Shown: positions 8,276-18,733 of the stretch, in pieces
How the letters are laid out: every line of letters begins with the position of its first letter
Numbering within the stretch: position 1 is the first letter of the stretch
NCBI GenBank assembly: GCA_043812655.1
Contig: JBDRLW010000029.1
Span: 1 to 60,222 of the forward strand
Length of the DNA stretch: 60,222 nt
Direction: 5' to 3'
From: a bacterium
Lineage (GTDB): Bacteria; Margulisbacteria; WOR-1; O2-12-FULL-45-9; XYB2-FULL-48-7
Position numbers and translations under genes: made by a program
The notes under the pieces: generated by a model
Databases searched by the model: none
What the model was told of the DNA's origin: nothing
The model's input: the letters and a program-made list of their open reading frames with translations, nothing else

Positions 8276-9638
8276 TATTATGACTTTCCAGCTTCTTATG
8301 TTCCAACTTTTTCTTCACAAAGATAAAGGCAATAACAAAGGCCAAGGCCGACGCATTGTAGCGGATCTGCAAAATGGGGGTAGAATTGGCAACAATTACC
8401 GCGATAATAGTTGAACATGTCCCCAAAAGATAGATCATACGGCATTCTGGATCATTTGTCCGCCTATAAAATTTTATACCCAAATAAACCACGTTATAAA
8501 ATAAAAACAGTAACAAGCCTACGCCGATCAACCCGGTTTTGGCCAAATAATTTGTTTCATCAGAGTGGGTCATATTAGTAGTCATATAACCGGGACCGAT
8601 TCCTTTGACAAATGGACGCCAAAAATAATATTGGTAACCTAATCCTATTCCAAGCAACGGGTGTTTGTAGAATATCGCTAAGGTGGCTTTTCTTTCAGCC
8701 ATCCTGCTTTGCCAAGAAAGGTCTTCATCAAGGCTGGAGAATGTCATAACCCAGCCCATTTGTCGTTCAATAACATATGATCTTTTAACGGCCAGATAAG
8801 AAATAAATACACCAACCGATAAAATAAAAACTAAAACAACAGTTAACCATTTTACTTTATGCTTGGTAATAAAAAATATCACAAACATCGAAAGTGATAT
8901 TCCCACCCAAACAGTCCGCTGACGATTTAGCAAGGCGGTCCCGATGGCAGCGATCGCCGGAACAATATGCAATAATATTATTTTGCGGCTTTCAACCAAA
9001 GAAGCGATCGCTAAAATCATCAAAATGTACATAGCGAATGGAGTCCCGGACAAATAATGGATATCAAAATAAGAAAGCAGGCCAACACTAATTAAAGACT
9101 TAAAAAACCATTGAAATATAGGAATGGCCATAACAATAATAAACATTTTAAAAACTAATTGAAACTCCTTTTCGTTATCAATAAAATGGACGATCGGCAA
9201 GATCAGCACCAAGTTCATAATCGGGAAAAGATCCCTCGCCCAATCAATGATTTTTACGCCATTAAGCTGTCCCACCAGAATGGAAAAGATTAGATATAAA
9301 AATAAAATAACTAGCGACCTTTCAATTCGGCTGATCTCTAAAACATGTGACCATTTTTTACTGCGAGAAATAAACCAAATAACACAGATCAGAACAAGAA
9401 GACCCAATGCCATAAACTCATCAGCGCCAAGCCCAGCCGAATCCCTAACAAACGGTAGATAAAGCAAATAAAATATAATTCCCCACAATGGACGAGCAAC
9501 CACTAGCCACAGAACTATCGCCCCTACTAGTAAAAAACTGGCCTGGGATGGGACCCCCAAAGACGAAGCCCCATAATACAAGGCAAACAAACCAAAAATC
9601 AAAATAGCAATAATGGGAAATAATCCTTTGTTATTCAT
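8262..9638 (-). CDS. O-antigen ligase / Wzy polymerase family membrane protein
   Basis: About 12 TM; RTVW, SWQSR, HPLLGIGLG, THS...LAKTGLIG (Wzy_C-like). Confidence 0.85.
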   Translation of the reverse strand: MNNKGLFPIIAILIFGLFALYYGASSLGVPSQASFLLVGAIVLWLVVARPLWGIIFYLLYLPFVRDSAGLGADEFMALGLLVLICVIWFISRSKKWSHVLEISRIERSLVILFLYLIFSILVGQLNGVKIIDWARDLFPIMNLVLILPIVHFIDNEKEFQLVFKMFIIVMAIPIFQWFFKSLISVGLLSYFDIHYLSGTPFAMYILMILAIASLVESRKIILLHIVPAIAAIGTALLNRQRTVWVGISLSMFVIFFITKHKVKWLTVVLVFILSVGVFISYLAVKRSYVIERQMGWVMTFSSLDEDLSWQSRMAERKATLAIFYKHPLLGIGLGYQYYFWRPFVKGIGPGYMTTNMTHSDETNYLAKTGLIGVGLLLFLFYNVVYLGIKFYRRTNDPECRMIYLLGTCSTIIAVIVANSTPILQIRYNASALAFVIAFIFVKKKLEHKKLESHNNEPG

Positions 9639-10726
9639 AGTGTCCTTAGGATGTTCAATATTTTCCCCGCACTTTCTTCCCAGGAAAACATTTTAATCCT
9701 TTCTTTTCCTTTATTAATTAGCTGTAACCGCAAATTATTATCGGCCAGAAGCAACTGCATCTTCTCCGCCATATCATCAATATCAAATGGATCAAAAAAC
9801 AGGGCCGCGTTTCCAGTCACTTCTGGAATCGCTCCAGCCGATGAGGCGGCAACCGGACAACCACAAACCATGGCCTCCAGCGGCGGAACTCCAAAGCTTT
9901 CAATAATGCTCGGGAAAACAAAAAGCAGAGCACCTTTATACAAGGCCGCCAGCTCCCTGTCCAAAGATGATTTTCCTATTATTTTAACATCTTTCTCCAG
10001 TTCCTGTTCTCTAATCAATTGACGAATATCAACATAAAGATTAGAATTCGATGAAGTAGATCCTACCAACACCAGGCTTCCCTGAAAACCCTTTATTTTA
10101 AGAGCCTTAAAAGCGGCCAACAATCTCTCCGGATTTTTCCGAAATTCAAATCCCCCCACAAAAAGAATATAAGTCCCAAGATCATCTCTGGCTTTTATCG
10201 TATCATCAAAAAATATCGGGTCTATACCATTGTAAATAACCTTAACTTCGCTTCTTGGTATGTTCAGGTTTTGGCTTAATAGTTCAGCCGAATGCTTTGA
10301 AACAGTAATTAAGCAATCAGCTATATAGGGGAGCCTTTTCATCCTCAGTTTAAAATAATATTCATCAAACTTATGTTTAAACATCTGTTTGGGATAAAGC
10401 TGATATGAACCATCGCGGAAAGCAACGACGGTTTTTACCGGTTTCCATAACCAAAAATCATTGGCCGGAAAAAAGAAAAGACTAAGGTCCAATCGCTTAA
10501 CCGCCAGAGGTAAGCTAAAATTTAACCACGGGACGCCTTTTATTTTTCGAATGGTTATTAAATGGACATTTTCTTTTTTTGAGAAATAATTATCCAAATG
10601 ATCCGGGGCAAAAAGAAAATATTCATTTTCTTGATCGATACTAATCAAAGCGCGGATAATATTTTTGGTTGACCTTGCCGGCCCCCGCCAGCCAAAAACG
10701 GCTGAAGCGTCAATCCCAATCCTCAT
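9635..10726 (-). CDS. Glycosyltransferase family 4
   Basis: MRIGIDAS start overlapping the upstream stop (ATGA); RKN, FPSIIESFGVPPLEAMVCG, FSWEESA. Confidence 0.93.
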   Translation of the reverse strand: MRIGIDASAVFGWRGPARSTKNIIRALISIDQENEYFLFAPDHLDNYFSKKENVHLITIRKIKGVPWLNFSLPLAVKRLDLSLFFFPANDFWLWKPVKTVVAFRDGSYQLYPKQMFKHKFDEYYFKLRMKRLPYIADCLITVSKHSAELLSQNLNIPRSEVKVIYNGIDPIFFDDTIKARDDLGTYILFVGGFEFRKNPERLLAAFKALKIKGFQGSLVLVGSTSSNSNLYVDIRQLIREQELEKDVKIIGKSSLDRELAALYKGALLFVFPSIIESFGVPPLEAMVCGCPVAASSAGAIPEVTGNAALFFDPFDIDDMAEKMQLLLADNNLRLQLINKGKERIKMFSWEESAGKILNILRTL

Positions 10727-11499
10727 TTTTTCTCTCCTATCACTAAAATCCCCCAGGTGGTTATCCAAGGTGAAATCAAGTTGAAACCTTCACATATTAA
10801 CCTGCCCAGCTTGTTCAGTTTAAATATACCAGGTTGTCGCAGAAACGCAAAATCTTCCCATAATCCAATACCACTCTCATCAGAAACATCACAAGTAACC
10901 GTCCTAAAATTATTCTTATGCAATGCTTCCATGACCTCTTTCTTGGTATAGCGTGACTCCCTGAAACACCAAGCCCTCTTTTTTTTCAAATTACTCCTAA
11001 TTGCCCTTAAAGGCTTCGTTGCGCCTTTTATCCAATTAATGGTCGGAACAGTTATTAACACCCGTCCGCCTGGCTTTAAAACCCGGTAGATTTCAATTAA
11101 TGCCTTATCCATTCCCTCCTCTAGATGCTCCAACACACCAAAACTATAAACGAGATCAAATGAATCATTCCTAAAAGGCAACTCGCGCAGATCTCCAACC
11201 CGCAATGGCAAGCCAGGATCAAATTGTTTGACTTGGGAAACAACTTTTTCGTTTTTATCAACTCCAACACAACTAATCCCTTGTCTATTCAAATAAATTA
11301 CCCAACGCGCATAACCACAACCTCCATCCAATACACTAATTTCATTATTCCTGTCCCTTAAAAACCTTATCTGCCCCAGTAAATACTTATGCATAACACT
11401 TAAAGACTGGCTTTGACAGGCGATTTTATAATCCGCTAATTCGCTTGGATCAAATTCTTTATCCCAATTATAAGCTTTAGGCCCAAATACTTTTTCCAT
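10723..11499 (-). CDS. Class I SAM-dependent methyltransferase
   Basis: VLDGGCG, LPFRNDSFD, GVLEH, RVLKPGG. Confidence 0.9.
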   Translation of the reverse strand: MEKVFGPKAYNWDKEFDPSELADYKIACQSQSLSVMHKYLLGQIRFLRDRNNEISVLDGGCGYARWVIYLNRQGISCVGVDKNEKVVSQVKQFDPGLPLRVGDLRELPFRNDSFDLVYSFGVLEHLEEGMDKALIEIYRVLKPGGRVLITVPTINWIKGATKPLRAIRSNLKKKRAWCFRESRYTKKEVMEALHKNNFRTVTCDVSDESGIGLWEDFAFLRQPGIFKLNKLGRLICEGFNLISPWITTWGILVIGEKK

Positions 11500-12439
11500 A
11501 TTCCTTCACCGTTTTTGCATAATATTGCCATTCTAAAAGACCCAATAAATACACGGACAGTTTTTCGGCAGATCGGAATTTCGAAAGCAATAGGACCAAG
11601 CATTTATTCAACAATATTGTTCCATTGAAATACATTACTTTCTTTATTATATTTTTCCCACATTGCCCATCTTTATGAAATACCGAATGGAATTGCATAT
11701 CCTTGTAAAGTTCCGGGTGTTTTTTTACAAAAAAACAAGCGGAAATTCCTTTTTGGTATGCTTTATCAAGGACAGAGGAAAAGCTCGCATCAAAAAAATG
11801 CTGTCCAATAATATTCTGATGGACAAGCCTAAAATCCTCCTGTTTTATACGATATCCATAATCCGTATCTTCCCCACCATAGACAGTGAATCCCTCATCA
11901 AATAGGCCAACCTTATCTATCACTTCCTTTTTCATGGAAACATTGCCGGTTCGAAAAAAACCATAGGACAAATCATCGGCGGTCTCTTTCATCCTCTTAA
12001 GTATATTGGAATAGCGGCCACAAAGATACCGATTCCAAAAATTGATAGGGATATTAACGGCGGAAGGGCTTGCTCCAACAACTACGATATTTTCATTGGT
12101 TGAAATGTGCGCCCTATAATGGGCTCCTATAAATTCCCTGCCAACCCAGACATCATCATCAACCATCACGATTATCCTGCCTTGAGCTTTTTTAATCCCC
12201 GAATTCCTCGCCTTCGCTCTGCCAAGATTTTTAGGATGGCTTATATATTTAAACCTCAGCGAAGGCTTTAATCTCGCCAAAAACCCCGAGGTTTCATCAA
12301 ACGAACCATCATCTACTAATATAACCTCATAGCGTTCTTTATTAAAATCCTGGTCAAAGATCCGCTTAAGCGTCTCTTCAAGGACCACTTTATTGTTATA
12401 GGTGGGAATAATTATTGAGATCTCAAGCTCTTTCATCAT
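11477..12439 (-). CDS. Glycosyltransferase family 2
   Basis: SIIIPTYN, VDDGS, ARNSG, VDDD, YGGEDTD. Confidence 0.92.
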   Translation of the reverse strand: MMKELEISIIIPTYNNKVVLEETLKRIFDQDFNKERYEVILVDDGSFDETSGFLARLKPSLRFKYISHPKNLGRAKARNSGIKKAQGRIIVMVDDDVWVGREFIGAHYRAHISTNENIVVVGASPSAVNIPINFWNRYLCGRYSNILKRMKETADDLSYGFFRTGNVSMKKEVIDKVGLFDEGFTVYGGEDTDYGYRIKQEDFRLVHQNIIGQHFFDASFSSVLDKAYQKGISACFFVKKHPELYKDMQFHSVFHKDGQCGKNIIKKVMYFNGTILLNKCLVLLLSKFRSAEKLSVYLLGLLEWQYYAKTVKEYGKSIWA

Positions 12440-13157
12440 TCTCCTCTTTATCTATACGAACATAAAAACGGTTTGTTTTAGTGGTCGGCTTATCGGAAAG
12501 GCTTTTATCATAAATAAATAATTCCATGTAAAAAGTTTGCGCCATCGTAAACAATAGCTGAAAAACCAGCAAAACCTTACCTAATAATTTATTCTCGGGC
12601 TGAAAACAGCGGAAGGATCGGCTTCTTTGCGCCATGCCAAGGATATTTTCAAACCGCATACTATATCTTTCATTGGATAGAATGTCTTTCATCTCTTTTA
12701 GTAACGGCATACCTAAAGCGAGATGTTCTTCAAGATGTTTATTCGGATGGCCGCTCTTTTCTCTATACATTTTTGACATATGCCGAGCATGAGCTTCATG
12801 TTCGGGGGTTCCCAGAGCAGCACAAAACACTACGGTTTTTTTCGCGACTCTCATCATTTCTGATATAAATATACTCCTATCAATATTTGGAACATGCTCA
12901 AGAACATCAAGGCTAACAACAACATCAAAGTCATTCTTTTTGAAGGGCAGCTTTCTCCCGTCACACTTAATATCCCCAGAATCAAGATTGGTTGTTGTCA
13001 GTTTTACGCCTTTAATAAAATAAATCAACTTCCCCCCCCCCCCAATATCTAGCATACCCCCCCCCTCGACATTCCCACATAATTCAGCAATTCGCCTATG
13101 CCTAAAATAAGTATCGTATCCCAGCAGATATTTTCTAATTTTAAATAATTTATTCAT
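12423..13157 (-). CDS. SAM-dependent methyltransferase with poly-G tracts
   Basis: MLDIGGGG, DGRKLPFKKNDFDVVVSLDVLEH, EMMRV. Confidence 0.85.
   Translation of the reverse strand: MNKLFKIRKYLLGYDTYFRHRRIAELCGNVEGGGMLDIGGGGKLIYFIKGVKLTTTNLDSGDIKCDGRKLPFKKNDFDVVVSLDVLEHVPNIDRSIFISEMMRVAKKTVVFCAALGTPEHEAHARHMSKMYREKSGHPNKHLEEHLALGMPLLKEMKDILSNERYSMRFENILGMAQRSRSFRCFQPENKLLGKVLLVFQLLFTMAQTFYMELFIYDKSLSDKPTTKTNRFYVRIDKEENDERA
13032..13065 (-). repeat. Homopolymeric G12 and G9 tracts (coding strand)
   Basis: C12 at 13032-13043 and C9 at 13057-13065 on the + strand. Confidence 0.9.
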
Positions 13158-13160
13158 GTC

Positions 13161-14252
13161 TTACTCTTCTTTTCGCAAAACAAGCTCATATATTTCCAAA
13201 AGTTTTTTTATATGCTTATCACAGGAAAAAACATTCTCTACTCTTTTCCTCCCTGTCTTTGCTATTTGCTCTCTCAAATCCAGACATTCAATCATTTCCT
13301 CAATTTTATACGCTAACGCCGCTGGATCATCTGGCGATATTAATATCCCACTAATATTGTTTTCAATAATTTCAGGTATAGCTCCAACGCTTGAGGCAAT
13401 AACAGGCAATCCTGCCGCCATCATTTCTAATGTCACCAAACCGAAAGGCTCTGCCCACACAGAAGGGACAACGCCAATATCCATTTGTTTATATATATCA
13501 GGTAATTTCTTGTGTTCTACCGGGCCCGTTGTCTCCACGGTAGAAAGCGCTTCTACTCTTTGTTTGATCCGTCTTTCTATTTGTTTAGACTTTTCGGTTT
13601 TAAACGGGATATGCGCTGAGCCAATAAGGAATAATTTAAAATCTTTCCTTTTCTGCTCTAAGGTCCTAATTGCATCCAACAATACAAAAACCCCTTTTTC
13701 TTCTGTCCATCTTCCACAAAAGCAGATTTTTGTTATTTCTCTCTTTGGATGACTTTTTTGGGGCTGGAACATATTTAGATCAACTGCGTTATATAATAAA
13801 TGCAAATGCGCCCGCGGCACAGCCGAATAAACATTAATAAACGCTTTCATCGTCGAATTTGAGTTGAAAACATAATGTGCCCGATGATATCTCTTTTTAA
13901 AGATATCATATTTGGGGAGCATAAGAACCGCCCCCCCATGGAAATGGATAACACTTTTCCGGGGAAAAAGCAGCGCCATAATCGGTGTATAATGACCGTG
14001 AAAAACATCAAAACATCTAGCTTTAAACCAAAAACAAAGGTAATAATAAAACTTTAGAACTCTGTTTTGCCAACCAAGATCCTTTATTTCAGTTATATTT
14101 TGATCAGCACCAATAAGTTTCGGAACAAAAAGTTTAGTCTCATGCCCTAACTTATTCAACCCCTCCAATTCACTAAGCTCCACCCTCTCCACCCCCGCGC
14201 AATGGGTTAAATTGAGCGGAAACATCGGGGTCTGGAGCATCGCAATTTTCAT
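13161..14252 (-). CDS. Glycosyltransferase family 4
   Basis: GRWTEEKG, PSVWAEPFGLVTLEMMAAG. Confidence 0.92.
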   Translation of the reverse strand: MKIAMLQTPMFPLNLTHCAGVERVELSELEGLNKLGHETKLFVPKLIGADQNITEIKDLGWQNRVLKFYYYLCFWFKARCFDVFHGHYTPIMALLFPRKSVIHFHGGAVLMLPKYDIFKKRYHRAHYVFNSNSTMKAFINVYSAVPRAHLHLLYNAVDLNMFQPQKSHPKREITKICFCGRWTEEKGVFVLLDAIRTLEQKRKDFKLFLIGSAHIPFKTEKSKQIERRIKQRVEALSTVETTGPVEHKKLPDIYKQMDIGVVPSVWAEPFGLVTLEMMAAGLPVIASSVGAIPEIIENNISGILISPDDPAALAYKIEEMIECLDLREQIAKTGRKRVENVFSCDKHIKKLLEIYELVLRKEE

Positions 14253-14884
14253 CTTTCGATCACAAACCCTAATTGTGTGGCAAGATATCTCTTACTTAAT
14301 TCTCCGAATAAATCATGATTCATAACCATTAAAGGAGCTAAAAGCTTGGCCAACACATTTGCCTTCCTATGATAACCAAAACTATCAAGAATTTTAAATT
14401 CTTTTAATATATCCAACCATTCCTTATAAGAAAACAATCTCTCATCACCAAAATCTTGTTGAGCATAAATATCGGAAGGGACAGAAAAGATCACCCTCTT
14501 GCAAACCTTTAATTGTTCCCGCAAAGCTTTTTGGATACCTTCGACCTCAAAATGCTCCATGGTCCCTTGATGAAAAGCAAAATCGTATAATTTATCCCCA
14601 GGCAGGCAAAACATATCTTGCTTAATAAATTTTGCCTTTCCCTTAAATTGACCATTCAATTCCACTGCTTTTTTAATCAACTCATCATCAATATCAATAC
14701 CCGTAACATCATACCCCAGGCTGGATAAATACACAGACAAGACACCCGTACCAAACCCAATTTCTAGGACTCGTTTCCCCCCGCCATATTCTTGAATTCT
14801 TTCCATAACGGGAGTTAACCAGCCGATAATTCTATCAAAACGGGCTTGATCTATCTCTTGCTTAAAATACTCCGACCAACTCAT
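14249..14884 (-). CDS. Class I SAM-dependent methyltransferase
   Basis: VLEIGFGTG, GIDID, QGTMEHF. Confidence 0.9.
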   Translation of the reverse strand: MSWSEYFKQEIDQARFDRIIGWLTPVMERIQEYGGGKRVLEIGFGTGVLSVYLSSLGYDVTGIDIDDELIKKAVELNGQFKGKAKFIKQDMFCLPGDKLYDFAFHQGTMEHFEVEGIQKALREQLKVCKRVIFSVPSDIYAQQDFGDERLFSYKEWLDILKEFKILDSFGYHRKANVLAKLLAPLMVMNHDLFGELSKRYLATQLGFVIER

Positions 14885-16019
14885 TTATTGCCTCCCTTAA
14901 TTTATCAGCATGGTTATACCAGGTTAAATCTTTAACGGACTCATATCCAGCCTCTCCCATTTTCTTTGTCATTTTTTTATCTTCAGCCAGTATCTTTATC
15001 TTGCCTGCTATTTCTTTTGCATCCAGATCAACCAAAAATCCATTTTCACCATTGATCACCGCCTCGCAAATCCCTCCACCATCCTTGGCCGCGATAACCG
15101 GTTTTCGCCAAGCCATCGCCTCTCGCGGGACAATGCCATAATCTTCATCTTTGGATAAATATATGACAGCTAAACATTTCCTATAAAATCCATCCAAGGA
15201 AACTTGGGGCTCTAGGAATTCAATATTCTTTAAGGCCAATGTCTCAACTAATTTTTTAAGTTTCTTTTCCTCCGGCCCTGCACCAACCACTTTCAGCTTG
15301 ATCCGCGACAGGTACCGCATGGCAGAGATAGCTCTATCCACCCTTTTATAATTAACCAGACGGGAGGGGCAAAGGAGATAATCACCATACTCAACTTGAA
15401 TATTTTTCGGCATAGTTATGGCTGGGGAATTAACAATTCCATTGTTATTCATGAACCAATTAAGCTTCTCTCTAGTATGATTGGAATTGCACTGAATCAA
15501 CTTCATCCGATCAGCGGCCCTTTTATCTAAATCAACTAAAACTCTCTTGATCGACCGATAAAGCCAAGAAGGCTTACCCCAAATTTTTTCATATTCCTCC
15601 TCTACCCAAGGTTCATATAAGTAGCGTTTTAGGCAATGGCAATACCAGATTACTGGTTTTTTGGTAAAAAGAGAAACTAGCGTGGCAAATGGATAATTCA
15701 CGATCAAGACATCTTCCTGGTCAAACTTCTTCCTAAGTCCAAGGAGACAAAAACTAATAATTTCAAGCAAATCAAGAATTTCTCGTCTTTGAAACCTAGA
15801 AGGAAGCTTGATATTCACTAAATTAGGCGCTTTTACCTTTTTTAAATTAGCTAAAGAGGGGTAATGCTTGGCGATCAAGGTATCATCAAATGATATGCCA
15901 TACAAAGTCCAGTCAAACTCCGGAAGATTTTCAACTTGTCGGGCAATAACTTCTTCTACCCCGCCAATACAAGTAATAGATGGCTGAACTATTCCGACTT
16001 TTATTTTTTTATTAGGCAT
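14862..16019 (-). CDS. Glycosyltransferase family 4
   Basis: GGVE, SRLVNYKR, EDYGIVPREAMA, GENGFLV. Confidence 0.9.
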   Translation of the reverse strand: MPNKKIKVGIVQPSITCIGGVEEVIARQVENLPEFDWTLYGISFDDTLIAKHYPSLANLKKVKAPNLVNIKLPSRFQRREILDLLEIISFCLLGLRKKFDQEDVLIVNYPFATLVSLFTKKPVIWYCHCLKRYLYEPWVEEEYEKIWGKPSWLYRSIKRVLVDLDKRAADRMKLIQCNSNHTREKLNWFMNNNGIVNSPAITMPKNIQVEYGDYLLCPSRLVNYKRVDRAISAMRYLSRIKLKVVGAGPEEKKLKKLVETLALKNIEFLEPQVSLDGFYRKCLAVIYLSKDEDYGIVPREAMAWRKPVIAAKDGGGICEAVINGENGFLVDLDAKEIAGKIKILAEDKKMTKKMGEAGYESVKDLTWYNHADKLREAINELVGVF

Positions 16020-17155
16020 TTCTCAACTAATTCGCTGATTTCTTCCGCTTTATCTTTCCAACTCCGGCCACGAGCCAGATTCGATCTTTGTTGGCTATGT
16101 TTTGGATCCGCTGCTTCGCTCATGGCAACATCTATTAAATTAGAAAACTCATCTTGATTAAAAGCGATTTTTACTGCCGGCAATATCTTTTCACTGATAG
16201 GCATAGCGGTCGAAACGACTATTTTACCTGAAGCAATAAACTCAAGCAATTTTAGTGGTGAACTGCAGCAAGACGTCCACTTGTCTATCACAAAAGGCAT
16301 AAAGCCTATGTCCATACTTTGATAATATAAAGGGAGTTCCCACCAAGTCTTTGCTCCTAAATAATAGAAATTAGCTCTCTCCTTTAAAAATGAAAGACTA
16401 TTTTGAAAAGTCTCATGAACCGTTCCAATAAAAACAAATGATTTGTCGGGATGCTGCGACAAAAGCTTAACCAGTAGCTCAAGGTCAATTTTCCGATCTA
16501 GACAACCGATATACCCTACTCGGGGAGATTTAATGGCTTTTAGATCGCTTGGAACTTCTTGGGCAATCTTATCGGCAGAAAAAAATCTTTCATCAACCCC
16601 ATGCTCAACCAGATACGATCTTGGGTTTAGCTTTTTACACTTCTCTTGCAACATAGGAGATACGGCGATCACCATATCCGCCCGCGAAATAAGCTCTTTC
16701 TCCCATTTAGCGATCTTCTCCTTATACCCTCCCTTAAAATATTCAGAAAAATTATCAGAACAGTGATAGATAAAGATCCCTCGAGACTTAAAAATATCCA
16801 AAAGAAATACTTTACTGGGATTACCGAGAAAAAACATCAAATCTTGGAGCTGAACTCCTCTCACAAAGCGCCTTAACTGCAGCGAAAAGTAAAAACGGTC
16901 AAGCCTTCTTATTAATTCGCTTTTTGCTCTAAATGGTAGCGCTATCGAATCAAGAACTTCAAGGTTCTCTTCACACTTAATCCGATTAAAATAATTTTTC
17001 CCTTTCTGTTTTAGATATTCAAAGGCATCAACTTGAGGGTTAACAAAAACCACTCGATTTCTTTTGGCAAACTGCGCCATTAAATGGTGCTTGCTGTAGC
17101 GGTTAAAATCCCAGCTAATATTAGAATCACAAATAATAATCTTATCTTTCAACAT
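16001..17155 (-). CDS. GT-B glycosyltransferase (TuaH-like)
   Basis: IYHCSD, EHGVD, GYIG, MPF...SPLKLLEFIASGK. Confidence 0.85.
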   Translation of the reverse strand: MLKDKIIICDSNISWDFNRYSKHHLMAQFAKRNRVVFVNPQVDAFEYLKQKGKNYFNRIKCEENLEVLDSIALPFRAKSELIRRLDRFYFSLQLRRFVRGVQLQDLMFFLGNPSKVFLLDIFKSRGIFIYHCSDNFSEYFKGGYKEKIAKWEKELISRADMVIAVSPMLQEKCKKLNPRSYLVEHGVDERFFSADKIAQEVPSDLKAIKSPRVGYIGCLDRKIDLELLVKLLSQHPDKSFVFIGTVHETFQNSLSFLKERANFYYLGAKTWWELPLYYQSMDIGFMPFVIDKWTSCCSSPLKLLEFIASGKIVVSTAMPISEKILPAVKIAFNQDEFSNLIDVAMSEAADPKHSQQRSNLARGRSWKDKAEEISELVEKCLIKK

Positions 17156-17157
17156 TT

Positions 17158-17730
17158 TCAAGCTAAAAAAACTTTATTTTCTTCTTTTGAATATTTTTTC
17201 GAGCAACTTGAACATTCGGCTTTATTTAGATCAAATTCCAGCTTCCCGCCACATTCGCAAATCCACCCCTGTAGCTTGGCAGGATTGCCATGAACCAGTG
17301 CATAATCTGGTACATCTTTCGTTACAACCGAACCAGCCCCCACAAAAGCATTTTTACCGATCGTAACCCCACAGACAATTGTGCAATTCGCGCCTAGTGA
17401 AGCCCCCTCCTTAACCCTCGTCTTGGAATATTTGTCAGCAGTTTCCTGTGGCTGCCTACAGCGCGGATTTAAAACATTAGTAAAAACCATCGAGGGGCCG
17501 CAAAAAACATAGTCTTCAAGCTCCACTCCACCATAAACGGAAACATTATTTTGAATCTTACAGTAATTACCGATCTTTACATTGTTCTGGACATAAACAT
17601 TTTGGCCAAGCTTACATTTCTTCCCTATTTTAGCCCCAGAAGAAACATGGGAAAAATGCCAAATCCTCGTCCCTTCCCCTATCTCCACTGGTTCATCAAC
17701 TATCGCGGTTTCATGTTTAAAGTAGCTCAC
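17158..17730 (-). CDS. wbpD: Hexapeptide-repeat N-acetyltransferase (WbpD/WlbB-like)
   Basis: [40 protein letters not shown]-terminal CxC...CxxC. Confidence 0.88.
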   Translation of the reverse strand: MSYFKHETAIVDEPVEIGEGTRIWHFSHVSSGAKIGKKCKLGQNVYVQNNVKIGNYCKIQNNVSVYGGVELEDYVFCGPSMVFTNVLNPRCRQPQETADKYSKTRVKEGASLGANCTIVCGVTIGKNAFVGAGSVVTKDVPDYALVHGNPAKLQGWICECGGKLEFDLNKAECSSCSKKYSKEENKVFLA

Positions 17731-18733
17731 TTTCTCCCCCTTTTCTCAAAGACTTTTCTGCCGCTGTTAAAACGCTTAAGACCTCAACCCCATTTTCCCC
17801 GTTACTCATCGGCTCCTTATCACCTTTCACGCACTCAATAAAATGCCGGCATTCTCTTTGCAAGGGCTCCTCATTTGATATTTTTATGGTCTTGCCCTCT
17901 CCAAACCTCAAGTTTAAAAACTCCTCAAAAGTTTTAAACTCTGGTTTAATGTCTACTCCCTTATCATATAAGGTCAAATTATCTCGACTGGATATTTCAT
18001 CAAATATCGCCATCTTCTTGCTGCCGACAACGATCGTCTTCCTGGTTTTGGTAGGATCGAGCCAGCTCACATGAATATGTCCTACCTCGCCAGAAGCAAA
18101 GCGCATATTTATAAAAGCCACATCTTCTATGCCTGGTTGCACAAAAGAAGCGCCTAAAGCGGTCAGCCGCTCTGGGATTTTTTTCGTCAGATATAAGATC
18201 ACGGAAATATCATGCGGTGCCAAGCTCCATAACACATTTTCTGATTGCCTTATGGTGCCGAGGTTTAGCCTCTGTGTGTAAATATAATAAATATCACCAA
18301 GTTCGCCGCTTTCTATCAGCCGCTTCAGTTCACTAATGGCTGGATGATATAACAACAAATGGCCAACCATTAGTTTTTTCTTGTTTTGTTTTGCCAACTG
18401 GACCAATTGGGTTGCCTCGCCAAGGTCTAAAGTTATTGGTTTTTCCACAAACACATGCTTGCCGCTTTCCAGGCACTTTTTGGCAACTTCATAATGCCCT
18501 GGCGCTGGCGTCGCGACAACAACAGCCGCAACTTCTCGATCGTTCAAAATCTCATTATAATCGGCAGTAAAAGAAACACTAGGATATTCTTTGGAAAATT
18601 TTTCGAGTTGGTTAACATTATTGTCACAGCTATACTTGATCTGGCAGTCTGGCAAGGAAAAATAATTCCTAAAAAGATTCTTTCCCCATTTTCCCAATCC
18701 GACTTGGCCAATGATTACTTTCTCTTTAGCCAT
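17717..18733 (-). CDS. Gfo/Idh/MocA oxidoreductase (WbpB/WlbA-like)
   Basis: GLGKWG, HVFVEKP, MVGH, SLAPHD, SWLDP; lies between wbpA-like and wbpD-like genes. Confidence 0.88.
   Translation of the reverse strand: MAKEKVIIGQVGLGKWGKNLFRNYFSLPDCQIKYSCDNNVNQLEKFSKEYPSVSFTADYNEILNDREVAAVVVATPAPGHYEVAKKCLESGKHVFVEKPITLDLGEATQLVQLAKQNKKKLMVGHLLLYHPAISELKRLIESGELGDIYYIYTQRLNLGTIRQSENVLWSLAPHDISVILYLTKKIPERLTALGASFVQPGIEDVAFINMRFASGEVGHIHVSWLDPTKTRKTIVVGSKKMAIFDEISSRDNLTLYDKGVDIKPEFKTFEEFLNLRFGEGKTIKISNEEPLQRECRHFIECVKGDKEPMSNGENGVEVLSVLTAAEKSLRKGGESELL

Noticed and set aside
13931..13937. G7 tracts in GT4 genes (also 21950-21956)
   Set aside because: Too short to argue for phase variation; explained by Gly codons
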